Origin: an uncultured Deinococcaceae bacterium
GTDB lineage: Bacteria; Deinococcota; Deinococci; Deinococcales; Deinococcaceae
Direction: 5' to 3'
Assembly: GCA_964252075.1 (NCBI GenBank)
Contig: CAXULY010000012.1
Coordinates: 1 to 64,000 of the forward strand
Length of the DNA: 64,000 nucleotides
Part shown: positions 29,096 through 41,541 of the stretch, piece by piece
How the letters are laid out: every line of letters starts with the position of its first letter
Numbering within the stretch: position 1 is the first letter of the stretch
Position numbers and translations under genes: made by a program
Notes under the pieces: generated by a model
Database searches by the model: none
Told to the model about the DNA's origin: nothing
Seen by the model: the letters and a program-made list of their open reading frames with translations, nothing else

Positions 29096-29749
29096 GTGCC
29101 GGAACCACAACGCAGACGCTTCACCGTGACCAGCGAGGCGCAGCTGGACGCGCTGCTCGACGTGCGCCACGGCACGCACCTGCTCGCGCAGTTCCTGACC
29201 GCGCACACCGCCAGCGAGGCCGCCCGCAAGCTCGGCGAGCCCGCCAACCGCGTCTCGTACCACGTGCGGCGCCTGCACGACCTGGGCCTGCTCGTGAATG
29301 CGGAGACGCGCGGTCGGCGACAGCTGTACCGGAGCGTCGCGGAGGACTTCTACCTCAGCCCGGAACTGCACCGCAGTCTGGAGGGCGTGCAGGGCGTGCG
29401 CCCCTACCTGAACGCCCTCATCGAGGCGTACCTCGCGGCGGGCAACCGCCAGACGGAGCAGCCGGACACGCCGTTCGTGCAGCTCAGTCAGGACGGCGGC
29501 GACGAGCGCGGCGCGGCGCTCAGCGTGGGCGTGCCCGAGCCGGACCCGGCGGTGGCGTTCGCGGCGCAGCTGAACATGCGGGTGCTGCACCTCACGCCCG
29601 CCCGTTACCGGGAGCTCTCCGCGCTGCTGTGGCAGGCCGTGCAGGACGCGGAGGCGGTGCCGCCCGGCACGCCCGGCACGCGCCTGTGCACGGTCGCACT
29701 GCTGACCTTTCCCGGCAGCGTGCTGCCCCTTCAGGAGGACCGCGGGTGA
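29096..29749 (+). CDS. winged helix-turn-helix (ArsR-like) protein
   Basis: TASEAARKLG....VSYHVRRL..LGLL...RGR..LYRS; start uncertain (frame open from 29027). Confidence 0.75.
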   Translation: MPEPQRRRFTVTSEAQLDALLDVRHGTHLLAQFLTAHTASEAARKLGEPANRVSYHVRRLHDLGLLVNAETRGRRQLYRSVAEDFYLSPELHRSLEGVQGVRPYLNALIEAYLAAGNRQTEQPDTPFVQLSQDGGDERGAALSVGVPEPDPAVAFAAQLNMRVLHLTPARYRELSALLWQAVQDAEAVPPGTPGTRLCTVALLTFPGSVLPLQEDRG

Positions 29750-29786
29750 CCGCACACACAACAAAGTTCGATTCACCTCAGGAGGC

Positions 29787-31184
29787 ATGATGCTGGACCG
29801 GAATCTGGTGGCGGAGATCCTCATTCAGGCGCGCGCGGGTGGCGCGGACTGGGCGGAACTCTACGTGGAGGACACACTCGCGGGCAACCTGCGCCTGCAC
29901 CAGGGCGACGTGAAGGACGCCCTGAGCGACCACCGCTTCGGGGCGGGCATTCGGCTGCTGTACGGCACGAAGGTCGTGTACGGGTACACGAACGACGTGA
30001 CGCGCGCGGGCCTGCTGGACGTCGCGAACGCCCTCGCGCGCGCGCAGGGCACGGCGGGCGTCACGGACCGCGCGGGCGCGGGCGGCCTGGACTTCCGCTC
30101 GCCCGCCGCGCGGCAGCTGTACACCCCGACCCGCCCCCCGCAGGGCGCCAGCAAACGCGAGCGCCTCTCCCTGATGCAGCGCGCGCACGGCGCGGCCGCG
30201 GGAGTGGGCTTCGTGAAGACCGTGGACGTGCGCTTCCTGGACACCACGAAGCGCGTGCTCGTGGCGAACACCGACGGCGAGTGGGCCGAAGACGAGCGCG
30301 TGTCCAGCCGCCTGGTGGTGACGGCCATCGCGCAGGACGGCACGCGCCGCGAGGCCGGGTACCACGCGCCGGGCGCCGGGCAGGGCCTGGAGTTCTTCGA
30401 CGAGGTGACGCCCGAGAGCGTGGGCGCGGAGGCCGCGCGCATCGCGAACACCATGCTGCACGCTGGGTACGCGCCCGCCGGAAAGCTCCCCGTGGTGATC
30501 GGGAACGCCTTCGGCGGCGTGATCTTTCACGAGGCGTGCGGGCACATCCTGGAGACGACCGCCGTGGAGCGCGGCGCGAGCGTCTTCGCGGAGAAGATGG
30601 GGCAGAAGATCGCGGGGGACTGCGTGACCGCCATTGACGACGGCACCATTCCCGGCGCGTGGGGCATGCTGAACGTGGATGACGAGGGCATGCCGGGCGA
30701 GCGCACCGTGCTGATCGAGCGGGGCGTGCTGAAGTCCTTCCTGGTGGACCGCGTGGGCGCCATGAAGACCGGCTACGCCCGCACGGGCTCCGGGCGCCGC
30801 CAGGACTACACCTTCGCGCCCGCGAGCCGCATGCGCTCCACCTTCATCGCGCCGGGCGACGGCACGCCAGGGGGCCTAATCGGGCAGGTGAAGCACGGCC
30901 TGTACGCCCGCACGATGGGCGGCGGCAGCGTGACGCCCGGCACGGGCGATTACAACTTCAGCGTGAACGAGGCGTACATGATCCGCGACGGCGAGATTGC
31001 GGAGCCTGTGAAGGGCGCCGCGCTCGTCGGGAACGGCGCGCAGGACCTCATGAACATCGTGGGCGTCGCGGACGACCTCGCGCTCGGGCAGGGCATGTGC
31101 GGCAGCATCTCGGGCAGCGTGCCGACCGACGTGGGGCAGCCGCACATCCTGATCTCGGAAATCACGGTGGGGGGACGCGCATGA
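29787..31184 (+). CDS. tldD: TldD family metalloprotease
   Basis: IFHEACGH zinc motif, DDEG, GSGRRQ, RMRSTFI, C-terminal GMCGS...GQPH. Confidence 0.93.
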   Translation: MMLDRNLVAEILIQARAGGADWAELYVEDTLAGNLRLHQGDVKDALSDHRFGAGIRLLYGTKVVYGYTNDVTRAGLLDVANALARAQGTAGVTDRAGAGGLDFRSPAARQLYTPTRPPQGASKRERLSLMQRAHGAAAGVGFVKTVDVRFLDTTKRVLVANTDGEWAEDERVSSRLVVTAIAQDGTRREAGYHAPGAGQGLEFFDEVTPESVGAEAARIANTMLHAGYAPAGKLPVVIGNAFGGVIFHEACGHILETTAVERGASVFAEKMGQKIAGDCVTAIDDGTIPGAWGMLNVDDEGMPGERTVLIERGVLKSFLVDRVGAMKTGYARTGSGRRQDYTFAPASRMRSTFIAPGDGTPGGLIGQVKHGLYARTMGGGSVTPGTGDYNFSVNEAYMIRDGEIAEPVKGAALVGNGAQDLMNIVGVADDLALGQGMCGSISGSVPTDVGQPHILISEITVGGRA

Positions 31185-32527
31185 GTGAGCAGCTGGGCAT
31201 CAAGGAGGCGCGCGCGTACCTGCTGGAGCGCGCCCAGGCGCAGGGCGTGAACCTGGAGGTGTACGCCAGCCGCAACACCGAGACGGAGATCTCCGCGTTC
31301 GGCGGCGAGGTGAGTGAGTTCAAGCTGGCGAGCCAGCAGGGCCTGGGCCTGCGCGCCCTCGTCGCGGGCCGCTGGGGGTACGCCAGCACCGAGAACCTCG
31401 CGCGCGAGGCGCTGGACCGCGCGCTGCGCGAAGCGGTCGAGAACGCCGAACTCGTCGCGCCGGAGGTGGGAGCGGGCCTGCACGCCTGGCCGGAACCGCC
31501 CGAGATGGACCTGCACGGCGAGGGCCTCTCGGGCGTGACGGTGGAGCAGAAGGTGAACGTGGCGCTCACGCTGGAGCAGGCCGCGCGCAGCGCCGACCCG
31601 CGCGTGACGAGCATCCCCTACGGCGGGTACGCCGATGGCGAGTCCGAGACGCTGATCGGCAACACCGAGGGCCTCACGCGCGGTTACCAGACCCTGCACG
31701 CCGTGCAGTACGTCGCACCGCTCGTCGAGGAGGGCGGGCAGCACAAGATGAAGTCCGACTGGCAGTTCAGCCGGGAATTCAGCGAGCTGGACCCCACCCG
31801 CACGGCGCTGGAGGCGACCCGCAAGGCGCTCGCGCTGCTGGGCGCGCGGCCCGCGCCGAGCGGCCATTACCCGGCGGTCATCGAGCACGAGTGCCTCGCG
31901 GAGCTGCTCGCGCTGTTCGGGCGCATGTTCAGCGCGAAGGCCGTGCAGGAGGGCCAGAGCCCGCTCGCGGGCCGCCTCGGGGAGCGCCTGGGGAGCGACC
32001 TCGTGACGCTCACGGACGACCCCACGCTGCCGCGCGGCCTGCGCTCCAGGCCCTTCGACGCGGAGGGGCACCCCAGCGCGCCGCTCGCGCTGGTGGAGGG
32101 CGGCGTGCTGCGCGGTTTCCTGCACAACGCGCAGACCGCCGCGCAGGACGGCGTGGCAAGCACCGGGCACGCCACCCGCTTCAGCCACAGCAGCCCGGTG
32201 GGCGTGGGGTTCAGCAACCTGTTCATGGAGCCGGGCGACACCAGCCCGGAGGCGCTGCGCGCGGGCGTCACGGGCGTGCTCGTCACGGGCGTGTCGGGCG
32301 GCCACGCGGGCGCGGACCCCATCACGGGCGATTTCAGCCTGCAGGCCGAGGGCTTCTGGCTCGAGGGCGGCGAGGTCGCGCACCCGCTGGAGGTGTTCAC
32401 GGTGGCGGGCAACATCCTGGAGCTGCTGGGGGCGGTGGAGGCGGTCGGGAACGACCTGCACTGGACGACCTCCGGCACGGGCGCGCCCAGCGTGCGCGTG
32501 CCGGACCTCGCCATCGGCGGCGAGTAA
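31181..32527 (+). CDS. pmbA: TldE/PmbA family protein
   Basis: ATGA overlap with tldD; PFDAEG, STGHA, ITGDFS, TVAGN; no HExxxH. Confidence 0.88.
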   Translation: MSEQLGIKEARAYLLERAQAQGVNLEVYASRNTETEISAFGGEVSEFKLASQQGLGLRALVAGRWGYASTENLAREALDRALREAVENAELVAPEVGAGLHAWPEPPEMDLHGEGLSGVTVEQKVNVALTLEQAARSADPRVTSIPYGGYADGESETLIGNTEGLTRGYQTLHAVQYVAPLVEEGGQHKMKSDWQFSREFSELDPTRTALEATRKALALLGARPAPSGHYPAVIEHECLAELLALFGRMFSAKAVQEGQSPLAGRLGERLGSDLVTLTDDPTLPRGLRSRPFDAEGHPSAPLALVEGGVLRGFLHNAQTAAQDGVASTGHATRFSHSSPVGVGFSNLFMEPGDTSPEALRAGVTGVLVTGVSGGHAGADPITGDFSLQAEGFWLEGGEVAHPLEVFTVAGNILELLGAVEAVGNDLHWTTSGTGAPSVRVPDLAIGGE

Positions 32528-32532
32528 CGACC

Positions 32533-32572
32533 AGGCAAGGGGCGGACGCGAGGCGTCCGCCCCTCTGCCTTT
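32533..32572. terminator. terminator hairpin between convergent genes
   Basis: AGGGGCGGACGC-GAG-GCGTCCGCCCCT stem. Confidence 0.65.
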
Positions 32573-32581
32573 GCTCCCGCG

Positions 32582-33550
32582 TCAGCCTGCCGCGTCGTCG
32601 AGGGCCAGCGCGAAGGGCGCCTGGAGGCCCGCCTGCGCCGCGGCGCGCACCACGTCCGGCGCGAACGCCAGCGCCAGCACGGCGCGATAGGCGCGCTCCG
32701 CGAGCGGGCGGTCCCCGAGCGCGTCGCGCACCTGACCGAGCCGCGCCAGGATCAGGCCCGTGAGGCCCAGGCCATCCGGCAGGTGCGCGTGCGCGGCGGC
32801 CTCCAGCAGCTCGCGGGCGCTCGTGAGGTCACCCACCGCGAGGTACAGCCCGGCGGCGGCGTACCGCAACTCCGCCTGCGGCGTCACGTCATCGCCGGAC
32901 TCGCGCAGCAGCGCGGCCAGCAGGGCCTCCAGGTCGTCGTCGTCCTCCAGGCGCTCGGCGCGGTCCGCGAGGGCGCGCAGGCGCGAGGACTCACCGGGCG
33001 TGAGGGGCGCGGGCAGGCGCGCGTCCGGCAGGCACTCCAGCAGGCCCGGCAGGTCATCGAGCGCCACGAGCGCCACGCCCGCCCGACCCGCGAGCGCCCC
33101 GGCGAGCTGTTCCAGGCGGCGCGCGGCGTGCCGGGTGCCGGGGCCCTCGTCGAGCGCAGCGCGGGTGTCCGCTTGGTACGCCCGCGCGGCGCCCAGCAGC
33201 GCGTCCCCCGCCACGCGTGCGGGCGTGAGGGGCGCGCCGAGCAGCGCGTCCCGCAGCGCCGCCTCTGCGCGCCCGGCCTGCCGCAGGCGCTCGCGGCCCT
33301 GCGGGTACTGCTGCAGGAACTCCAGCAGTTGCGCGTGCTCCGCGTCCGCCCACGCCCAGTCCGGCGCGAGGTCCACGACCGCGAGGCCCGCCGCGCGGAA
33401 GGCGTCCCGCGCGGGGTGGTCCGGGTCAGGGCTGGACAGCCACAGCACCTCCCGCGCGCCCGCCGCGCGCGCGAGTTCCACGAGGGTCGCGGCGTTGTAC
33501 TGCGGACTGAGGCGCAGCAGGTCCCCGGTGTCGGGCAGCAGGGTCAGCAC
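32582..33550 (-). CDS. hypothetical protein with C-terminal TPR-like helices
   Basis: GTG 10 nt after the rel stop; GC3 bias; [17 protein letters not shown]. Confidence 0.7.
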   Translation of the reverse strand: MLTLLPDTGDLLRLSPQYNAATLVELARAAGAREVLWLSSPDPDHPARDAFRAAGLAVVDLAPDWAWADAEHAQLLEFLQQYPQGRERLRQAGRAEAALRDALLGAPLTPARVAGDALLGAARAYQADTRAALDEGPGTRHAARRLEQLAGALAGRAGVALVALDDLPGLLECLPDARLPAPLTPGESSRLRALADRAERLEDDDDLEALLAALLRESGDDVTPQAELRYAAAGLYLAVGDLTSARELLEAAAHAHLPDGLGLTGLILARLGQVRDALGDRPLAERAYRAVLALAFAPDVVRAAAQAGLQAPFALALDDAAG

Positions 33551-33560
33551 GCGCGGCGCC

Positions 33561-35822
<2,262 letters not shown>

Positions 35823-35894
35823 CCGCAGAGTCTAGCGCACCGCGCCGCCCTGAAATCCCGCGCATGTCTCGCTCGCGCGGGGTGGCGGCGCATG

Positions 35895-35918
35895 AAAAAC
35901 GCCCGCGCGGAGCGGGCG
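35895..35918 (-). terminator. intrinsic terminator after the 39-aa ORF
   Basis: CGCCCGC-N5-GCGGGCG followed by T5 on the minus strand. Confidence 0.65.
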
Positions 35919-35944
35919 GGAAGATGGTTTGTGCTGTGAACGCC

Positions 35945-36064
35945 TCAGCGTCGGCGCGGACGGACCGGAACCGGGACCGGAATGGGCACGGGCTGCGGCT
36001 GTGGTTCAGTGAACCCCCGCAGGGCCTCACGGAGGCGTTCGATAAATTCCTTGAGTCCCTTCAC
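35945..36064 (-). CDS. 39-aa small protein MKGLKEFIERLREALRGFTEPQPQPVPIPVPVPVRPRRR
   Basis: Translated by hand (below the ORF-track cutoff); -10 TAGACT, RBS GGGAGGT, GTG start, downstream terminator. Confidence 0.7.
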   Translation of the reverse strand: MKGLKEFIERLREALRGFTEPQPQPVPIPVPVPVRPRRR

Positions 36065-36177
36065 GGTCTTAGCCTACCTCCCTGGGGCGTGAGACGATTG
36101 GCGCTTGGGTGAGCTTTGCTTGATGCCTGAAGGCAGTCTAGCGCCCATTTTCTGACAGTTTTCTTTTCCCGTGCGCC

Positions 36178-36870
36178 CTACCTGCGGGGCGGCTGGCTGG
36201 GGCGCACCTCCACGCGGCTCGGCAGCGTCCGCGCGGGAATCCGCGTGAGGTCCAGCACGAGTTGCGCGAGGTCCTCCGGCTGGATCTTCCAGGCGTCCTG
36301 GTCGTTCGGGGTGTGCCCACCGAAGTGCGTGGCGACGCTGCCCGGCATGATCTGCGTGACGCGAATGCCAAGGGGCCGCAGGTCCAGCATGATCGCCTCC
36401 GTGAAGCCGTTCAGGCCGAACTTGCTGGCGTTGTACGCCGCGCCGCCTCCGAAAGGGTTCTTGCCCGCCAGGCTCGACAGGGTGATCACGTACCCCTTGC
36501 TGGCCGTCAAGGCCTCCAGCGCCGCCTTCACGGTGAAGAACACGCCCGTGAGGTTCGTGTCGATGACCGCCTGCCACTGCTCGGGCGTCAGGTCCTGCAC
36601 GGGGGCGAAGTGCCCCACGCCCGCATTCGCGAACAGCAGGTCCAGGCTGGAGAAACGCTCCATGTGCGCCCGCACGGCCGCCTGGAGGCTGTTCAGGTCC
36701 CGCACGTCGGCCGCCACGCCGAGCGCCTGCGTCCCCAGGCGCTTCGCGGCCGCCTCGACCTCACCCTCGTTGCGGGCGGTGATGGTGACGTTCCAGCCCG
36801 CGAACACCAGCGCCTCCGCGACGGCGTACCCGATGCCCTTGCTGCCCCCCGTGATGAATGCACTCGACAT
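36178..36870 (-). CDS. short-chain dehydrogenase (SDR)
   Basis: TGGSKGIG, ANAG, SS, YNASK. Confidence 0.93.
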   Translation of the reverse strand: MSSAFITGGSKGIGYAVAEALVFAGWNVTITARNEGEVEAAAKRLGTQALGVAADVRDLNSLQAAVRAHMERFSSLDLLFANAGVGHFAPVQDLTPEQWQAVIDTNLTGVFFTVKAALEALTASKGYVITLSSLAGKNPFGGGAAYNASKFGLNGFTEAIMLDLRPLGIRVTQIMPGSVATHFGGHTPNDQDAWKIQPEDLAQLVLDLTRIPARTLPSRVEVRPSQPPRR

Positions 36871-36930
36871 GCGCCGACGCTAGCACGGCCCCTCACCGCG
36901 CGGCATAAGAGGCAGATGGAGGGGCGTGCG

Positions 36931-37419
36931 CTATTGCGCGGGCAGCGCCGCGAGCGCGCCGTCCCACGCGACGCGCCCGGCGTCCTGCTGCGCCAGCCAC
37001 AGCTGCACGAGGCTGAAACGCTGCTCGAAGCGGCGCGTCTCGCCCTGCGGGAGGCGCACCTCCAGGCGCAGCACCGCCGACTCGAACGGCGACAGCGACG
37101 CGGGCACCACGACCACCGGCGTGACCCGCACGGCGGACGCGTCCTCGGGCGGCGCCACGCGCGCCAGCGGGTACCTGCGCGCGAGGGCCGCCGGGAACGC
37201 GTCCGTCATGGCCTGCGCGAGTGAGGCGCGCTGCTCATCCGTCAGCACCTCCGGGTGCCCCTCGAACTGCACGGGGGCGAGCGCGAACGCCGCCTGTGAG
37301 ATGGGCACGGCGCGCGCCACCGCCGCGGGCGAGGGCAGCGCGGCGTCCTGGGCGAGGGCCGACGCCCCGAAGCCCAGGGTCAGCAGCGCCGCGGCGAGGC
37401 GGCGGGAAGGGAGGGTCAC
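36931..37419 (-). CDS. hypothetical exported protein
   Basis: Signal peptide RRLAAALLTLGFGASALA|Q. Confidence 0.65.
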   Translation of the reverse strand: MTLPSRRLAAALLTLGFGASALAQDAALPSPAAVARAVPISQAAFALAPVQFEGHPEVLTDEQRASLAQAMTDAFPAALARRYPLARVAPPEDASAVRVTPVVVVPASLSPFESAVLRLEVRLPQGETRRFEQRFSLVQLWLAQQDAGRVAWDGALAALPAQ

Positions 37420-37503
37420 GCGCGTCAGTCAAGCAGACGAAGCTGACGCGCGCGTGAGCCCCAGGCCACCCTGGCTTTGGGTGGCCCGCCGTAGCATGAG
37501 GGC

Positions 37504-38118
37504 ATGAACCGCCTGCTGGACACCCTGCGCCGCCTGCGCGCGCCCGACGGCTGCCCCTGGGATCAGGAGCAGACGCACCTGAGCCTGCGCCCCTACCTGC
37601 TGGAGGAAGCCGCCGAGGCGGTGGACGCCCTCACGGACGGCGAGCCGCGCGAAGTCGTGAATGAACTCGGGGACGTGCTGCTGCAGGTCGCCTTCCACAG
37701 CGTGATCGCCGAGGAAGCGGGCGGGTGGACCTACCCGGACGTGGAGGCCGCCATCGTGGAGAAACTCGTGCGCCGCCACCCGCACGTGTTCGCGGACGTG
37801 CAGGTGCAGGACAGCGCCGAGGTGACGCGCAACTGGGACGCCATCAAGGCCACCGAGGGCGGCACCGTGAAGCGCGGCGCCAAGCGCGTGCCGGGCGGAC
37901 TTGGGGCGCTCGCGCGCGAAGCGGACGCCCAGAAACTGCTGGGGCAGGAGAAGCGCGGGAAGGCGGCGGTGCTGGAGGGGTTGAGCGCCGCCCCCAACGA
38001 TGCCGCCGGCGTGGCGGCGGCGCTGGAGGCTGTGGTGGCCTGGGCGCGCGAGGTGGGCGTGGACCCGGAGGTCGCGCTGCGCGAGCACACCAACGCCCGC
38101 CTGAACGCCCAGCCGTGA
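37504..38118 (+). CDS. mazG: MazG family nucleoside triphosphate pyrophosphohydrolase
   Basis: [43 protein letters not shown]. Confidence 0.92.
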   Translation: MNRLLDTLRRLRAPDGCPWDQEQTHLSLRPYLLEEAAEAVDALTDGEPREVVNELGDVLLQVAFHSVIAEEAGGWTYPDVEAAIVEKLVRRHPHVFADVQVQDSAEVTRNWDAIKATEGGTVKRGAKRVPGGLGALAREADAQKLLGQEKRGKAAVLEGLSAAPNDAAGVAAALEAVVAWAREVGVDPEVALREHTNARLNAQP

Positions 38119-38681
38119 CGGACCCGCTGGACGCGGCGCTGCAGGACCCCTGGGCGCAGTGGCTCTCTGGGCGCCCCCGGCAGCGCCTGAAGCTGCCCGA
38201 CTACCGTCGCGCGGCGGTGCTGGTGGCCCTCACGCGCGAGGCGGACCCGCGCGTGCTGCTCACCGTGCGCGCCAGCGACCTCCCCACGCACCAGGGGCAG
38301 ATCGCCTTCCCCGGTGGCAGCCTGGAACCCGGCGAGGACGTGGTGCAGGCGGCGCTGCGCGAGGCGTGGGAGGAGGTGGGCCTGGAGCCCGACGCCGTGA
38401 CGGTGCTGGGCGAACTGAACGACGTGTTCACCCCCGTCGGCTTCCATGTCACGCCGGTCCTGGCGCGCATTGAGCCTGGCCTGAGCTACCAGCCTTCTGC
38501 GGAGGTGGCGGCCATCATCGAGCCGCGCCTGTCTGAGCTGCGCGCCCTCACGCCCCAGCACGAGGAGCGCGTCGCCCCGGACGGCGCGCGGCGCACGGTG
38601 TACCGCTACCCGTGGCGCGGGCACGACATCTGGGGCATGACCGCGTGGGTGCTGCGCGAACTGATCGAGGAGGGCGTGTAG
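38115..38681 (+). CDS. Nudix CoA pyrophosphatase
   Basis: [41 protein letters not shown] overlap. Confidence 0.92.
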   Translation: MTDPLDAALQDPWAQWLSGRPRQRLKLPDYRRAAVLVALTREADPRVLLTVRASDLPTHQGQIAFPGGSLEPGEDVVQAALREAWEEVGLEPDAVTVLGELNDVFTPVGFHVTPVLARIEPGLSYQPSAEVAAIIEPRLSELRALTPQHEERVAPDGARRTVYRYPWRGHDIWGMTAWVLRELIEEGV

Positions 38682-38690
38682 GGCGCCCGC

Positions 38691-39116
38691 TCACCCGAGC
38701 GGCGCGAGGTGCAGGAGCAGCGTCTGCTCGACGGGTTCCTCCAGGTCCGCGGTGTCCGGCACCAGGCCGGCCATCACCTGGTACGTGAGGCGGAACCGTC
38801 CGGCGGCGACGGGCCGCGTGAAGTCCGGCGCGTCCGGGAAGTTCAGGATTTCGGACACGGCGAGCACGCCGCCCGGCACGACCAGTTCGGTCGCCCCGCC
38901 GTCCAGCGGTCCGGTCGCCAGCCGGACATCCACGTAATCCTTGTCCATGCCGATCGCGACGGCGCGCCCCCCCCACCGCACGCTGTGGCCCACCGTGTGC
39001 TCGGCGTGCTCGTCCCAGAACGTCGCCTCCGCCCCATCGTCCTCGAAGGGACCGGCGTCGTGCACCACCACCTGACCGAAATCCGCGAACATCAGCCCGA
39101 GCCGCTCACCTGTCAT
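38691..39116 (-). CDS. hypothetical protein
   Basis: ATG 7 nt after the serA stop with GGAGG upstream; GC3 bias. Confidence 0.65.
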   Translation of the reverse strand: MTGERLGLMFADFGQVVVHDAGPFEDDGAEATFWDEHAEHTVGHSVRWGGRAVAIGMDKDYVDVRLATGPLDGGATELVVPGGVLAVSEILNFPDAPDFTRPVAAGRFRLTYQVMAGLVPDTADLEEPVEQTLLLHLAPLG

Positions 39117-39123
39117 GGCGGAA

Positions 39124-40737
39124 TTACACCTCCACGAGGTACGCGTTGTCGATGAGGTCCAGGGCGCGCACCCGCGCGAGTTGCTCCGCCGTGAGGCCAT
39201 CATCGAGCGTGAGGGTGAACAGGGCCTGCCCGCCCTTCTCGTGGCGCCCGAGGGACATGCCCGCGATGTTCACGCCGAAGGACCCCAGCAGGTTCGAGAT
39301 CTGCGCGACGGCGCCCGGCTTGTCCTGATTCGAGACGATCAGGATGTGCCCGACCGGTTCGAGTTCCACGCGGTAATCGCGCAGGCGCGTGAGGCGCGCC
39401 ATCTTCCCGAAGACCGTGCCGCCCACCGTGCGCTTGCGGGCGCCCTGGTGCGCGATGACGCGCACCTCCGTCTGGTAGTCGCCGGGTTCGTCCGTGGCGC
39501 GCGTGACGACGCGGATGCCGCGCTCCTTGGCGAGCGCGCGCGCGTTGATGAGGTTCGGGCGGTCCTCGGTGGTGCCGCTCAGGTACCCGACCAGCACGCT
39601 CGTGACGATGGGGGTGGTGTCGGCGGGGAAGGTGCCCGCGAAGTCCACCTCGATCTCGTTCGCGCCGGGCAGGAGCTGGCCCTGAATCTTCCCGAGTTTC
39701 TCCGCGAGGTCCAGGTACCCGCCGAGGGCCTCGCGCGTCGCGGCGTCCATGGCGGGGGCGTTCACCGCGCCGCGCGACACGTCGCCGCGCAGGGCGGCCA
39801 GCACGCGGTCCACGATCTCCGCACCCACGCGCTCCTGCGCCTCGACGGTGTTCGCGCCGAGGTGCGCGGTGATCGCGAGGTTCGGGGCGCGCAGGAACGG
39901 ATGGTCGGGCGTGGGCGGCTCGTCGCGGAACACGTCCACGCCCGCCGCGAACAGGTGCCCGCTGTGCAGGGCCGCGACGAGCGCCTCCTCCTGGATGATG
40001 TTGCCGCGCGCGGCGTTCACGACGATGGCACCGGGCCGCAGCCGCGCGAGCTCCCGCTCCCCGATCATGCCGTCCGTCTCCTCGGTGAGGGGCGTGTGGA
40101 CGGTGAGGAAGTCCGCTGCGTCCAGCAACTCATCGAGGGTGCCCGCGCGGCGCACGCCGGTCTGGGCGAACTTGCCCTCCGCCACGTAGGGGTCATACGC
40201 GATGACCTGCATCTTGAGGCCCTGCGCGCGCGCCGCGACGAGCGTCCCAATGCGCCCCAGGCCCACGATGCCGAGCGTCTTGTCCTTGAGTTCCACACCC
40301 AGGAACTTGCGGTCCCACACGCCCGCGCGGGTCTTCGCGTCGCTGCGCGTGAGGCCGCGCGCGGCGGCCATCAGGTGCATCACGGCCAGCTCGGCGGCGG
40401 ACACGTTGTTGCTCTCCGGCGCGTTCAGGATCAGGATGCCGCGGCGCGACGCGGCGTCCAGGTCAATGTTGTCCACGCCCACGCCACCGCGCCCCACGAC
40501 CTTCAGGCGTGGCCCCGCCGCGTCCAGCAGCTCGGCGTCCACGCGCGTGCGGCTGCGCGTGATGAGCGCGTCGAAGTCCGGGAGGCGGCGCAGCACCTCG
40601 TCCCGCGGCATGTTCGCCACGTACTCGATGTCGAAGCCCGCGTGATTCAGCTCACCGGGGTTCATCTCGTCGCAGATCAGCACCCGCAGGGGTTCCTGCG
40701 GCGCTCGGGCCTCACGGGTGGGAGCGGCGGAAGTCAT
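39124..40737 (-). CDS. serA: D-3-phosphoglycerate dehydrogenase
   Basis: RGGVGVDNID, GLGRIG, NAARG, DVF..EP, HLGA.T.EAQ, C-terminal ACT. Confidence 0.96.
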   Translation of the reverse strand: MTSAAPTREARAPQEPLRVLICDEMNPGELNHAGFDIEYVANMPRDEVLRRLPDFDALITRSRTRVDAELLDAAGPRLKVVGRGGVGVDNIDLDAASRRGILILNAPESNNVSAAELAVMHLMAAARGLTRSDAKTRAGVWDRKFLGVELKDKTLGIVGLGRIGTLVAARAQGLKMQVIAYDPYVAEGKFAQTGVRRAGTLDELLDAADFLTVHTPLTEETDGMIGERELARLRPGAIVVNAARGNIIQEEALVAALHSGHLFAAGVDVFRDEPPTPDHPFLRAPNLAITAHLGANTVEAQERVGAEIVDRVLAALRGDVSRGAVNAPAMDAATREALGGYLDLAEKLGKIQGQLLPGANEIEVDFAGTFPADTTPIVTSVLVGYLSGTTEDRPNLINARALAKERGIRVVTRATDEPGDYQTEVRVIAHQGARKRTVGGTVFGKMARLTRLRDYRVELEPVGHILIVSNQDKPGAVAQISNLLGSFGVNIAGMSLGRHEKGGQALFTLTLDDGLTAEQLARVRALDLIDNAYLVEV

Positions 40738-40797
40738 AGGTCAGGGTACCGCCAGCTGGAAAGCGCGGCGCGCAGAGTGCTGGACAGGCCCACACCG

Positions 40798-41394
40798 TCA
40801 GGTAAGGCCCGCGTCCTGCTTGAGGGCCGCCGCGAGCAGGCGCTGGTACGCCGCGCCCGTGACCTCGAAAGTGCCGAAGCGCGCGAGGTGCGGGTTCTGA
40901 ATCTGCGCGTCAAGGAGCGTGAAGCCGCGCCGCGTGAGGTGACGCGAGAGGCCCACCAGCGCCGCTTTGCTGCCGCCCGTGAGGGCCGTGAACATGCTCT
41001 CCCCGATGAACGCCCCGCCGAGCGCGAGGCCCAGCACGCCACCCGCGAGTTGATCGCCTCGCCACGCCTCGAAGCTGTGCACGAGGCCAGTGCCGTGCAG
41101 GTGCGTGTAGATGCCTTTCAGTTCGTCGCTGATCCAGGTCTCACTGCGGTTCGCGCAGCCGTCCAGCACGCCGGGGAAGTCGCTGTTGAGGCGCAGGGTG
41201 AAGTGGGGCAGCTCCCGTTCCAGGCGGCGCGGGACGTGCAGGGCGTCCCCGAGCGGCACCAGAGCGCGGCGGCTCACGCCGTACCACTGCAGGCCGTCGC
41301 CGTTGTCCATCAGGAAGCCGCCACGCGCGTACCCACGCGCGACCTCCGCGGTGAGGGGATCGGGGTGATCGAGAAACACCTGGGCGGTCGGCAA
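40798..41394 (-). CDS. aat: leucyl/phenylalanyl-tRNA--protein transferase
   Basis: TWIS, HSFEAW, GG..G...G.AFIGESMF, SKAAL, LLDAQ..NPHL; TTG start. Confidence 0.93.
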   Translation of the reverse strand: MPTAQVFLDHPDPLTAEVARGYARGGFLMDNGDGLQWYGVSRRALVPLGDALHVPRRLERELPHFTLRLNSDFPGVLDGCANRSETWISDELKGIYTHLHGTGLVHSFEAWRGDQLAGGVLGLALGGAFIGESMFTALTGGSKAALVGLSRHLTRRGFTLLDAQIQNPHLARFGTFEVTGAAYQRLLAAALKQDAGLT

Positions 41395-41541
41395 GGCAGG
41401 GTGGTTATAACACGCGCGGCAAGGTCAACCGCGCGGGCGAAGCGGCGCCCCCGGCCCCGTGAGGTGGTTCCCGCGGGCGCTCGGGGCTGAACGGGGGCCA
41501 GGACCGCGCTTCGCGCTGACCGCCGCCCTAGAATGCCGGGT

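Noticed and set aside
37504..38681. mazG plus Nudix near rel as an anti-phage or toxin-antitoxin system
   Set aside because: Both look like ordinary housekeeping enzymes with native codon usage; no mazEF or defence genes are adjacent.
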